DNA of 64,000 nt from Phyllobates terribilis (taxonomy: Eukaryota), in contig NW_027362767.1 of NCBI RefSeq assembly GCF_046119375.1, positions 416,330,001 through 416,394,000 of the forward strand, read 5' to 3'. Every line of letters starts with the position of its first letter. Positions within the stretch are counted from its first letter, which is position 1. Below are positions 32,801 through 44,867 of this stretch, one piece after another. The position numbers and the translations under genes are program-made. The notes under the pieces were generated by a model. The model was given only the letters and a program-made list of their open reading frames with translations. It had not been told where the DNA came from and searched no databases.

Positions 32801-35800
32801 TAGCTTTTAAGCCGGTCAGAAAGATTCATGTTACTGCACTAGAAGATATCAGGATTGTGAATGGTAGTGGGTTACATTGTACCTCATCCAGCGGTATGAG
32901 TTTTGGAGGCGACGGTTCATAGGGCTCAGGGTCCGGCTCATGCGGTGTGTCAGGAACACTGGTGGGTAAAATTAAAAAAATAAATAAAATCATTCACTTA
33001 CTGGGGTTATTTTGGCTGAGAAGACAAAATCTTAGTAACTTTATAATAAACAAAAAAAACCCAAAAGGATCCTGGCTGGATTGTATGTACCTGTCTTTGG
33101 ATAGGAAGATTTCCTGCAGAATCCCCATCTCCCGCTCGGCCTGTGTGAGCTTCTCGGTGCTGTTGGTGCCCATTTGTACAAGGGCCCCTGGAAGCGACAG
33201 GGGACGGGGTAGTACCCAGGGTGTGACTTCTTCCATAGTATCGTGACTTAACCGTCGGGCATTTTGGAAAGCGCGGCGATCCATCAGCATTTCTCGTTTT
33301 GCAGCTTCACCAAAGTCCTTAATCTTATTCACATTCACTGTTATGAAAGATGTGATACAGAAATCTAGTGAATTCAGGGCATGGCCGGTAGGGCCCGAGA
33401 CAGCGTTCATAGGAGGAAAGCAAACATACCTCTCTCCGTTTCATCCAGCTCAAAGTAGAAGTATTCTCGGAGATGACTCTCGTCCGGCCAGCTGACCGTT
33501 TTCCTCTTCTTTCCCTTCTTTGTCAGTTGTGGGACTTCTGGTTCGTTAGGCTTCTCTTCTGTTGATGCTGAATCAGAAGCTACAAAACAAATATATAAGA
33601 TTCAATTCAGACCTACAGGAAGGTAAGAAAAAGGAAGAGAAATCAGCAGAACGAGTCCTTACTTTCCATGGGCTCAGGGAGCTCAACAGCAGGAACCGGA
33701 GTCCCGGGCCTCTCCACATCCATCCCTTCAGCTGGTGGCTCTGGCTCGGGAGAAGATGGCTTGTTCACACTGGTGGCATCTCCTGGAGACTTGCTGTCGA
33801 ATGGACTGGGCTGCAGATATAGAAATAATACACTGTAAATACGAGGAAGGCATAATAACCTAGTCCAGAAACTGGGCACAGAATCTGCATCGACGAACCT
33901 TATTACTGGTAGGAGAAACTGCTTTTTTCTTCTTTTTGATCTTTATTCCAGGAATGGGGGCAGAATTCAGTGCATCCAGAAAACCTAAACTCTCCATAGC
34001 TGGGAAGAGATAATGCAATCCATTAGAACAAAAAAAAAAGGGCAGTTTCTGTAAAAATACAGCATTTAATGGAAGGACGTTACTAACATTTCTTGCAGAG
34101 AAAACGATTGATCAGAGGAGCAGGAATATTAAAAAAAATAAATTCAATAAAGAGATTGTATCGGAGGCTTGATACATACGCTGAGGAGGGATGATCTTGA
34201 CTTTGATTTCTTTGGCAGCGTTTGGCGTGGTATTGAGAGGTTTGTACTTTTTCTCGGCAGGAGCGGCATCGGTGGCAGAGGGCACAGGTCTGGTGTGACA
34301 ATACGTGAGTGAGTGAAAGTGTTTTTCAATAAGCCGTTTGATATTATCATCAACTAACTAATCGACGGGGTCCATCCAACTATGTGACCAGTGCAAAGGG
34401 AAAAAATATGAGGTGCTGCGTCACCTTCAATTTCTGGATCATGGGGGTTTCCTCCCGATAATAAAGCGATGACCCATCCTAACAATTCCCCATCACTTGA
34501 TAAGCACATAACACATCGGAGTCGTCACGAGTCTACTCACCCCTGCCTCTTTACTGGGACTGGTTTCAAGTATTTGTCAGATATAACTGGAACAGGTGGT
34601 GGTTTCTTACTGGGGGCAGGAGCTGGAGCTTCAACCTCAAGACCTGTCAGATGAAGAAGAAATTAAGTAATCGATCAAACAACTTGGGAGAAAGAAAACA
34701 AACACGAATGTTCCTAGTGATGCCGCTCACCGGTGGATCTGAATTTTGCGTGACTCGGGGCTGTGGTTCGCTGCATCTTTGGTTTCTCTTTCTTCTTATC
34801 ACCTTGATCCTCGACTCTGGATTCAGCTTTCGCCTCCGCACTCCTATCAGCAATGGGTGATCGCACTTTTACATCTTCTTTCTTTTTCTTTTTGTCCTTT
34901 TCTATTAATTATAAAAGAAAAAAAAAAAAAGTTGAGGGGAGGGATGGATTCTTAGAAAGGTGAGACAATCAAATACCACAGATAAATTATAAAGACAAGA
35001 TTTCCTTGGCGTGGCAGAAAACATTTTCCTCTTACCTGGAGGTAGGAGGTTGCTCTGGGTTCGGATAACTGTCATCCAGTCGCTGACCAAAACCCCTGCT
35101 AACGTCCGAAGCTCTGAGACAAAGAGAAGATCAAGAAAACCATTAAACTACTATCCCACGACACGCAGAAGGCTGCATTGGCCGTCTGTGCCTCGTAGCT
35201 TACCTTCAACCTCGCTGGTTTTGCTGAGCTGCTTGACCAACTTTGCCGTGTTGTTCTGCAAAGATAAAAGTAAAATGTTAGAGAATACAAAAAGGTCTAT
35301 ATTTAATGGTACATTCTCATAAAATCAAAAACACATTTGGGAGTTACACAAAGTAGGCCAAAACCAGATAACATATGTTGTGTATTGAGGCTCCCGAAAC
35401 TTCCCAGACACATGTTGTCGGCTGGTCTGAATTGAAGCACCCAACACCTTTTGTTTTCCAGGGAGATAAGAGATGTCTGGCAGAAGCTTTCTCCTCTGTC
35501 CCCATCGACAAGGCCGAGTGCTCACGGATATGGGGAAGGGGGTTTGGTTAGCTGTCGGCCGAGACAGTGATCTTATGTCCGTGGGCAGCTGTCATTAAAT
35601 TCACATGTGGCAGATCTACTGCAAGACTTTCTGCCAATGTAAATCTGTTGAATGGGCACAAATGGGATTAGGGTCCCTTTACCAGCTTCAGGTGGTCCAC
35701 GGTCAGAGGTAAGTGCTGCAGAGTAAGGAGGATCTGGTGAAGCAGAGGGCTGTTGTTGTTGGTGCGGGCGTAAGTCAGCCAATTATTCAGCAACTTGTAT

Positions 35801-36408
35801 CCGCCGACACGAATAAACCTGAAAGCAAAACGTCAAACAATTAATCCTCTGGTTCTTGTCTACAGTCTTATTAATTTTGATGGTAAAATACAAAGTAAAG
35901 TCATATAAAACAGGAGAGTGTGGGCTCATGCTAGATTTCAGCCAAGGGGAGTTAATATGGAGGGTGTGTGTGTGTGTGTGTTTTGTTTTTACTGTGTCCC
36001 TGTATGAGCATTGCAGACTTGCATGTACATCTAAAACATAAAATGTAATAAAAAAAAAAAAAAAAAAAAAACCACCAAAAAACACTAGAGCACATCCAGA
36101 TAGTCTTAAAAGCGTGTGACTTACTTGGAGAGAATTTCAGGGGCTTGCGTCTGAAGGATGATGTTAAGGTAGATACATCGGCTCACCAGCTTTTTAGATT
36201 CTTTCATTAAGCTGAGGAAAACAGAGAAACGTTACAGAGACGGATAAAACATCAAACACAAGACAAGAAAAATAAAATGTTCATCATCTACATGCACCTA
36301 CTTGTAAATTTTGGTCATGGCATCCACAGCTTTCACTTCTCCTTCTTGCCCAAGGAAACAGTCTAGCCCCTTCAGGAGTTCCAGGGGGTCTATAGATCCG
36401 GACCCCAT
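29873..36408 (-). CDS. PPP1R10: Serine/threonine-protein phosphatase 1 regulatory subunit 10 (PNUTS), 18 coding exons, 840 aa
   Basis: Exons (minus): 36408-36302, 36211-36125, 35818-35683, 35255-35204, 35113-35036, 34901-34731, 34643-34541, 34289-34180, 33999-33899, 33810-33663, 33579-33430, 33337-33091, 32958-32883, 32770-32582, 32498-32372, 31480-31361, 30783-30370, 29979-29873 (2523 nt, in frame). Starts [20 protein letters not shown] and has a TFIIS-N-like region ([11 protein letters not shown]). Contains the PP1-binding RVxF-type motif [10 protein letters not shown], an RGG/His-rich region, and a C-terminal CCCH finger [31 protein letters not shown]. Confidence 0.97.
31570..32240 (+). 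mobile_element. Penelope-like element pseudo-LTR remnant in a PPP1R10 intron
   Basis: Contains a hammerhead-type motif (31749-31785) and AATAAA near 32187. The two ends show a short inverted similarity. Boundaries are approximate. Confidence 0.6.
31749..31785 (+). ncRNA. Minimal type I hammerhead ribozyme motif (degenerate, PLE-associated)
   Basis: CCC-CGGAAGA-A-GC(AAGCGG)GC-GAAAC-GCGC-GUC-GGGG. Stem I is CCC/GGG, GAAA is intact, stem III is palindromic and the cleavage triplet is GUC. The core CUGAnGA carries U4>G. Confidence 0.55.
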
Positions 36409-38471
36409 ATTGTTAGTGGCTAGGAAAAAAAAAATAAAAAAAATAGATGAATGGGGGTGTTCAACAACAACAATTGTATAGAAACAGCCGCTCTATGGTC
36501 ACTGGTGAGGTCTACAGCGTCATCCATACAACAAATGTCTAGTCAGATTTGGGCTAATGAACCAACGAGGAGATGGTAAATGGCTCGGGCACATGTCTAG
36601 GGGAGAGAGAGTCTTCCAAGGGTTTTCCTGATCTGACGGGATGAGATCAGCTCCTATCCTTGGCAGTAAAAAAAAGCATTAAACAAATATGGCGATCCAT
36701 AAGGAGAAATGCTTTATAATCCTCCCCGCCCCCAAGATATGGTGCATATGTAAATATATTTATATTATAACCTGACTCGCTGAGACCAATACTGATAGCG
36801 GTGCCCATGGGCCATATGTATGCGGACACGTTATAACGGCATTTGGTGACTATATGGAGTGATAGTCACGTAGGCCTCCCACCAGGATACATTACACTCG
36901 TGGTAATGAAGTGTTCGGATACATTATAGCGCTGCCTCCATTTACCATTAAAAAAACAAAACAAAACAAAAAAGCGCAGCGCTGTAAACCTCAGCATACA
37001 GCAAAGTTAGTGCAGTTGACTGCACTTCTCAGTAGTCACGGCTGCAGAATTCCAGCAAGCCCAATGTTTGCCCACCAAAGTCTATGCGCATCACCTTCGA
37101 GATGTGGGGGTCTTGCCTGTACTATTGTGCCCCTATTCACATTGTGCTGTGGTGGAAGTGGCTCAGATCCCCATCATTATCTACATAGTGACTGTCATTC
37201 CTGATCATAATACAGACTCCTCTATGGTTCATAAGCTGCCTGCGCTCCACATATATATTCATCATCGCAATAGTTGGAATGATGGCAGCTTTTCTTTTTT
37301 TTTTTAACTGGAGGGAAACTTTTTTTTTCTAATGGCATTTCTTTAAACAATTATTAATTGATCTCTTCCCCTTTTTCCAAGCCACGGTTTGTTCCATCTC
37401 AGCGCTAGATCGTCTTTTTTGTACCCAATTTCAGAACCTTTCAATTTAGAAAAGTTGGATCGAAAAAAAACAAAAACTATAGAGCTGAAATGCGAACAAT
37501 CCTGAAGGTTCACGGAAAGGAAGCAAATGGTCCAGTGGCAGATCTGTATGATATTGGAGATAGATAGATATATAATCCCCCCCCCCTATTATAGCGGTTG
37601 GTTCACATTTATTTTGGGCACAGTCCGGCATTGCAAGTATTTATAAAGCTGCAGAGAAAATTACGGTCAGTGTTGAGCTCAATTTCTACATCTTTATGGT
37701 AGAGACGTTAAAAAATGTTGCAAAAACCTACTGCCAACATAATAGGCAGGTGTACGAGAAAAAGAAAAAAAAAACCAAAACGGCATATAGCTTGTTTCTG
37801 CTCCTGAATACTCTTCCTACAGGCTGGCAGATCTGGCCTCCAGTACTTGTATAATACAGACACTGACTGCCGCTCTTCCCCTGCTCTGAGGTAGGGGGAG
37901 ACAGAGAGCCTAGCAGTGATGGATACAGGTCTCCTCCCAGTTAGAGGCTTTTCCTAGCAGATCTCCCTGCAGAGAAGGAGCTGAGCGCACGCAGCCACAT
38001 ACACCCACAGCAGCACGCAGGCCCACAGTAGCACACAGGCCCGCACCAGGGTCACACAACACCACTGTGTATTCACTTTTTTTAAATCCAGAATTTGTAG
38101 AAAAGTTCATTCATACGGATATTGCAAGTTTTGTTCAAGTCAGCACAAGTAAAGGACATTCAGGCGTCCTTTTAGTGTATGTCCCATTTTTGTCGTGTAA
38201 AGATCGGTCCGTTCAAAATTGCGGAGACACATCCAATAATGATCTGAATGTCTAATCAAAAATCAGCAATGAAAGTCTATGGGTCCGCAGAAAAAAAACA
38301 AAAAGTCAAGACGGTGCTTGAATGCCATCTATGTGTTGTCTACTTTTCACGGTTTGCTATATCAGAGGAAGTGGAGACTTTTTTTCCCCTTAATCGGAGA
38401 CATACTGATGAAACCCGGACTGATTTTCTCATAACTGAAAAAAAAAAGTGAAGCTGTGAAGGAGCCCTTAA

Positions 38472-39109
38472 AGGGGTATTCCCATCTTCATGATCCTATC
38501 CCAATATGCAGTAGGTGTAATAACAAATATAGGTCCAGCTCACCGTAACAGACATCTTGAGGTGTTCGGGAGCAATCACATAAACTAGAGAAATTCCATC
38601 TCGGCGGACAAGTGAACAAACATCATTCTTTCACCAAAAGTGCTCAGTAGAGGATAAAACCGAATCAGAGATGCAAGTTACAGGATATACGACATTGACG
38701 CGTCTCGACTGCGCACCCCTGAAACGCGTCGATGTCGTACATCATGTAATTTGCATCTCTGATTTGGTGAAAGAATGAAGTTTGTTCACTTGTCCGCTGA
38801 GATGGAATTTCTCCTGTTTAATAATATTAGCAAATAGCTCCAATTAGAAATGTAGTATAGTTCCTTCTCATCACATATGTCATTACCCCATGTGCAGGGC
38901 ATTGCAGTAGCTTAGGTATCCATGGTTACGACCACTAACAACTGTCAATATACAAGTGGTCATAACCATGGCTACCTAAGCTACTGCAATGCCCTGCACA
39001 TGGGGTAAGTGACATTGCAAGTCAGAGCTATACATTTCTAATTGGAGCTATTGGCTAATATTATGACACCTACATGTTGGGATAGGATCTTGGAGAGTAG
39101 AATACCTCT
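38472..39109. mobile_element. T2/Kolobok-type MITE containing a hairpin insertion
   Basis: TTAA|AGGGGTATTCCC...AATACCTCT|TTAA, with about 300 bp of foreign sequence inserted at about 38526-38820. Confidence 0.85.
38588..38813. mobile_element. PLE-derived long inverted-repeat insertion
   Basis: Two ~100-bp arms (the left has an extra ~25 nt) around a ~12-nt loop. GAAACGCGTCG sits at the inner end of the right arm. Confidence 0.6.
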
Positions 39110-41229
39110 TTAAGCTTTTTAAATCTTGTTTTTTCCCCCCACACGTTCGGTACATGTACCAGGAAAGCTCCAGACCTGCATGATAAATGTGTCCTAAGCC
39201 GCATGCACCCAGCCAATGCCAAACATGTGTGTATACTTTTGGCACTGTATAGGAAAGTGTAGTTTACCACCCCCTGCTACGCACAGTAGAAGAATGACCA
39301 CTGGGCCGTTGTGGCTGGAGGACTCTATCGGAGGTATAGTTAGGAGAATTCTCTCAGCGTATACACGTCCAAGATCGCCAAAAAGCGAGATCCTCAAACT
39401 GTTTACATGTGACATAGCAGCACCCAGGCCATACACACACGCCACTTATTCAGGAGCTTACACACATTCATTCAGACTAGACTTGTGCATCTCTATAGAC
39501 AGTCTAGTCTAAGGTTACATCATCTATTGGTTGGCTAAGGATATGTTCACATGGAGATTTTAAAGTAGATTTTGAATCCAAACTACAGCATATCCTCTGT
39601 GTAAACATAGCCTTACTTTTAACCAAACTCAAGCATATGGGGGTCTCTGAGCTAAAGTCAACAGCCTCATATATGCCTAAAAAGCTGTCAAGTTCTGGTC
39701 AGACCACGCGGCTGGGCCATACATCACAGACTGTGTTTCACAGGATGTCTGAATGAGACCTTAGCTGCACCAGGACACTCTAAAAGCACCTTATAAGAGG
39801 CAAAAAGGTTCATAAAACCCCAAACCACAGCACTCGTATCAATAAGTAATGATGAGTGGTACTGAACGCCATTGCCGTGTGTATATATGTGCCTAGCTCG
39901 CGAGCATGCATGCATGTACACAGCTGATCACAGGTTTTTAGGAGATCAGAATATATATTATATATACTCACCAGCCATACACACACATTCGCGCAGTCAC
40001 ACTAGGGTTATTCTCTTACCAACACTTGAGATGGAGTCATCTGCGGGATCATCGTCTATTCCAGTCATTACAATGATGAACACCGTATGAGTGGTCTGTA
40101 CTAGAGGCATTCATACGGCCGCTACACCACCAAGAGCTCCACGTTACTCACCCCGTGTTTCCCAGGAGAGTTTTTGGCAAGATATCGAACAAGTAAAACC
40201 TACCCTTCTTCTAAAAATTAAAAGTATAAAATAATAGTCGTGAAAAGTAAGAGGGAAACTTTCTCTGGCAAATTGACTTAGCCGAGGAAGAGCTGAAAGG
40301 CTTCGTCCACATATTTTTCATATAAGTAATAAAGTGGATTAAGTTATTTTTGCTACAAAATTCACAATAAAAAAAATATAATAAACTCTACATGTTGCGG
40401 ACCAGTCAGGTATCAAATAAATGTCTAGAAGAAACATCAAACTCTCAGGATTGATTGTCAGATGCACAGAAAACTGTCCTGTGTCTTATACAAAACCTGA
40501 AGCCATACAAGAAAAAAAAATGGAATTGTTCGATTACACTGGTATACAGTGATTTTGGTGCCAACGATGTCTGAACGATTTTATATTGTTTATGATGCTG
40601 ATTAAGAATATGACTTCGGTTTTGCCAGATTGGCTCCAGTTTCTGGGATATTTGATAGATAATTACAGTAGAATTCTGATTTAAAAAAAGTGGCTTTTAT
40701 AGCGTTGTAAGCCTACAGACTGAAATACAAAATAATTATATGGGATTTCATTACCTAAGACACTGATAAAGAGTCAAAAGTCCAAAAGCTAAGGAATTTG
40801 TTATCACACACAAGTCACATTAGGGGAATGCATCATTTTCATGGATGAATTATTTCAAAAACTAGAACCAATTCAGCAAAAGTAATGGGATTTTTTAATT
40901 CAGCGCCATCAAAATACCCTAAAACCTTGGCATCAAAAAAAAAAAAAGTTTTCTTTGTAGACCTGTGTTACAGAAAGGAGGCCGAGGCCCCGTCCTGAGC
41001 AAATCAGAAGTAGAATCAGCCGTGGATACGAAATGGATCAGGACTTCTCTGCGTAAAAAAGGAGGGAAACCTCGTAGGTCCGAAGAACAAGATATTAAAG
41101 TGTAAAAGGACAATACATACGAATAACGAAACATAGAAAAGAGGTGCACTACAAAATGTATCACCTGTTTATATGTGTGTGAACATATATGCATTTGTGA
41201 TTGATTTTGTAGTGCACATAGGTATTCTA

Positions 41230-41480
41230 GAGATAAAAAAAAGTCCTATGTTACACATTTCTATACAAACACAGACATATACACAAGCACATTTCTATAC
41301 CACACATACTCAGACAAAGATATATATATATATACACATACATACACACACTATACACTCACAGACATATACATACACACATTATAATTATAAATATACA
41401 CTATACACAAGCACATTTCTATACCACACATACACTCAGACATATATATATTACATACACACACACACTATACACACGGA
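41230..41480. repeat. CA/TA-rich low-complexity tract with an internal direct duplication
   Basis: ACACAAGCACATTTCTATACCACACATACTCAGACA occurs twice. Confidence 0.7.
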
Positions 41481-44093
41481 TTATAGAGCCGAGCATCGAT
41501 ACTGAGCATTTTAATGGCTCTTTTGCTTCCCCTCTACAAATATGTAACATCTTAGCTTTAAGACATACATTGGATACAAAGGATGTAGAAAAATGTTTAA
41601 AAAAAATCTTAAATTTTACACATCTAGTAAAAAAAAAAAAAAAAAAATTCCGTCTGTCAAACAAAACTACTGTATTGGCTACGACAGAATACTATTTCAT
41701 TAGTAGAGATGTAGACAACACAACAGATTACTAATCAGCAAAAGGAGTCATAAAAAGAAGCAAAACGCAATATATAATCTGTATGTACAGTGTATATATA
41801 TATACATATGTGGCAAATCTGTCAGTAGCCTTGTAGGTCACTCGCACTAGCCTGCGGTGTATAACCGGTTGGTCCTAAGACCCCACACTTGCACCGTCTA
41901 GCCTCTTTTTCTCCCCCCAGCTCTGCTCATTTTTCAGCTGTCTGGCTGACTAGAGGGCATTTGTAGATGAAATGAGGGCGTTCCTAAGAGCTGATCCGTT
42001 GGCCAACCCACTGCAGCACACCCCAGTGTACCGAAGGCCAACCCAGTGCAGTACACCCCCGTCCGCCCCAGATCTGAAAACAAAGGAGGGACCTCGCCAT
42101 TTTGCAGTTGGAATTTGCTAAAGATTAAAAAACAACAAGCCTGGCGGCCATCTTGGAAGAAAAAAAAATGAAAAGCTCAAAAAGGCAAAAACAGGAAAAA
42201 AAAAATGCTCTGAAAAATTCATTAGCATGCAAAAAATAATTATATATATAATATATATATATCTAGAAAATTGTGCCGTAATAAAAGAAAAAACAAAATT
42301 GCCAACAGATCTAAAACTAGATACACACACAAATATATATTAAAAAAAGATATTTACGGCTAAGATGAAATGTGTGAAATAGCAAGTAATGCGCAGATGT
42401 AATGGAGAACTATGAAATGCCAAGCAACTCTTAAATAAATGTACAGATAAATAATGATCAACTACATAGTTTTGCAGCCCCCCCACGGCCTAAGACAGTC
42501 ATTAGCTCCTTATTCCTATCCCTCAAGCCTCAGTCCTGCTGCCTATAGATACTAGGTTGGCAATCTTTATTGATAGATTGCATGCAATTCTCTTAGGAAA
42601 TTTTTGCCCAGTTAAAAAAAAAATATATATAATTGTAACCCACTGCTGGGTAAATATCTATTCCTCAAGGACACCGAAATAATAGGTACATAGACAAAAC
42701 AGAAGTCGGAAAATAAACAGCACGTATCCGTGGTTGTGGAAGCCTACAGTCCGTGTTTGCTAGGTCATTCGTGTATTTTTCTGCCTGGTCAGGGGGTGTA
42801 AAGTCTTTCGAAATCTGCCATCCTTACGTCTCTCCCTGCAATCTTTATGTACAGATTGCTCATGGATCTTTCAGGTTTTATCATCCGGGAAGGGTAAAAT
42901 CGCCTATTTATACTTCCCTTTCTTCCATATTTTGGGGGAGGGGGGTCTCCCACACAGAGATGACCAACACTCCCATCATCTCTAGTGTGGGAGCTCATTT
43001 ACAAAAAAAAAAAAACAACCCTATCTGCGGCTCATAAATCGCCCGCTTATCCAACCTCTTTCTAAAAAGCCTATTACATCATCTCGTCCTCTTGTATGGT
43101 GTGTGAACAGGCATGCCAAAATTATAGGTTACACGTGATGTCGAAAAAGAAAAATTAAGTTATTTCTCTGCAGCTTTAGTCTCTTGCCTCAAAGATTCAG
43201 ACTGTGCCATAAACATTCAGTGATGTCAATCTCTGTACAGCGCTACGGAATAAGTTGCTATATTAAATTTTTTTTTGCATGAAACGCTTTCTTTTTTTGA
43301 GGGATTAAAAATTTGTTTTTTTTTTTTTTTCCAAATTTGGTCGGAAAAAGGGTTAACACTTACTATCCAAAACTTTCCTCCTGAGCTTCGTACGCAGATA
43401 AAAAAAAAAAAAAAAATCTAAAAAAAAGGGGGAAAAGAAAGTAGGGCAGAGCAGGGATCCTTATGAAGACTATGTGCCTCGGATATACGGCCACATGGAA
43501 AAAGCTGTGGCGGCCATTTTTAGAAAGGGCGTAGCATCAATTCACTGGGCTGGAGAACATCCAATATCTTTTTGTTGCTTTTCTTAAGGTTTTCTGTAAA
43601 ATCTAGGTTCTCTCGGAGCGGTGACTAGCATTTATTACCAGTGTTACTATAAACTATACCGCCCTATGGTGGATCATGTGGATTTTTTTGGATATATATA
43701 ATTTTTTTTTTTAATAAAAATGGCACAAGGTGGTCAAGGAGAGGAGCGTGAAAAATGGTTAGAAATCGTACAAAGAGGTTTCCTCGAAGTAATTGGATCT
43801 TCAGACTCCTCCAACAAAGCAAAAAAACTGAGAGCAAACGGGCAGAAGCTTCTGGATATTAATCTTTAACTATCGTCCATAATCATAGTGGTTGAGGTAA
43901 ACCCAGAATATTCGTGAAGACCTGTAAAGGGGAAGAAAAGAGAAATAGAAAAAATATATATTAAGTACGAGGTAAATAAGTAACATATATAAATCAGCAT
44001 GTAAATGGCGACTGGAACAAACAAGGTCACGAAATGGCGGATGAAGGGGAGGAGGAAGGGAAAAGAGCTGAACGGTTTCTAGAACCTACATAC

Positions 44094-44867
44094 CTGACGA
44101 CGAAGTCTGGAATGGCGGGGCCGTGACGCAGCCGCATTTATATAGGCTCGTGACGTCTGCAGAGGGGCGGGGAAAGGCCGCTGCTGAAATTAAGCACGCG
44201 ATTGGCTGTAACAGGACGGCAAATATTAGAGACCGGTTAGAGACTGGTGACGTCGAACGGCTGCCCAATGAGGAGCCGTTTAACCGCTACCGCACGTGTC
44301 CCTGTGACTCCGCCCACGGGCTGTGGCTCGGCGCTATAATAGGCTTTATATGCCTTTAACATTGGGTCAACCGAATACATTCATGTCCTTTTCCCCCTTT
44401 ATACGGTCGTAGTGGTGTATAAATGGCGGTTAACTGAGGAAACAGGGATGATGTATAGTCTATGTGAAGCCGTGGGGGGACAAGGTTATGGCGTCAACGC
44501 CCTTTCTTGTGGTGACTGACGCAATCACTAGAGCGCGACGTGTCGCCACTGTAGCGTCTCCTTGTGGACGCCATTTTGGGTGAGCCATTACCTATACAAA
44601 GAAGAGGGGTAGTCTCCGGAAAGATGGCTGTGCGCATTACTTTGAGAAGCTAAAAGCCACGCATAATCGTAATAACACCTCCATAACCTTTAATAAACGT
44701 ACATAGTGGCGAATAGTTACTGAGGGTGTGGTGGAGTAACTTGAGCGGTTAGCAATGCTAAGGCGGGGTTTGTTTATGCGTCCCTCCTTGTTAATAAAGT
44801 TTATTGATTTAAAAAAAAACTGGTTGGCAGGTGTCCTTGCGTTCTGCTTAGACCTTCCCTCACCAAG
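44094..44867. promoter_or_regulatory. Bidirectional CpG-island promoter PPP1R10 / MRPS18B
   Basis: Head-to-head arrangement. Minus-strand TATAAA at 44142-44137, CRE-like TGACGTC at 44151 and 44248, GC box 44164-44172, CCAAT boxes at 44201 and 44265. A PPP1R10 5'UTR donor CAG|GTATG lies at 44094/44093 and an acceptor at 43922/43921. Confidence 0.75.

Noticed and set aside
40068-40110. C/D snoRNA candidate (ATGATGA) in the PPP1R10 intron
   Set aside because: No properly placed CTGA D box or terminal stem.
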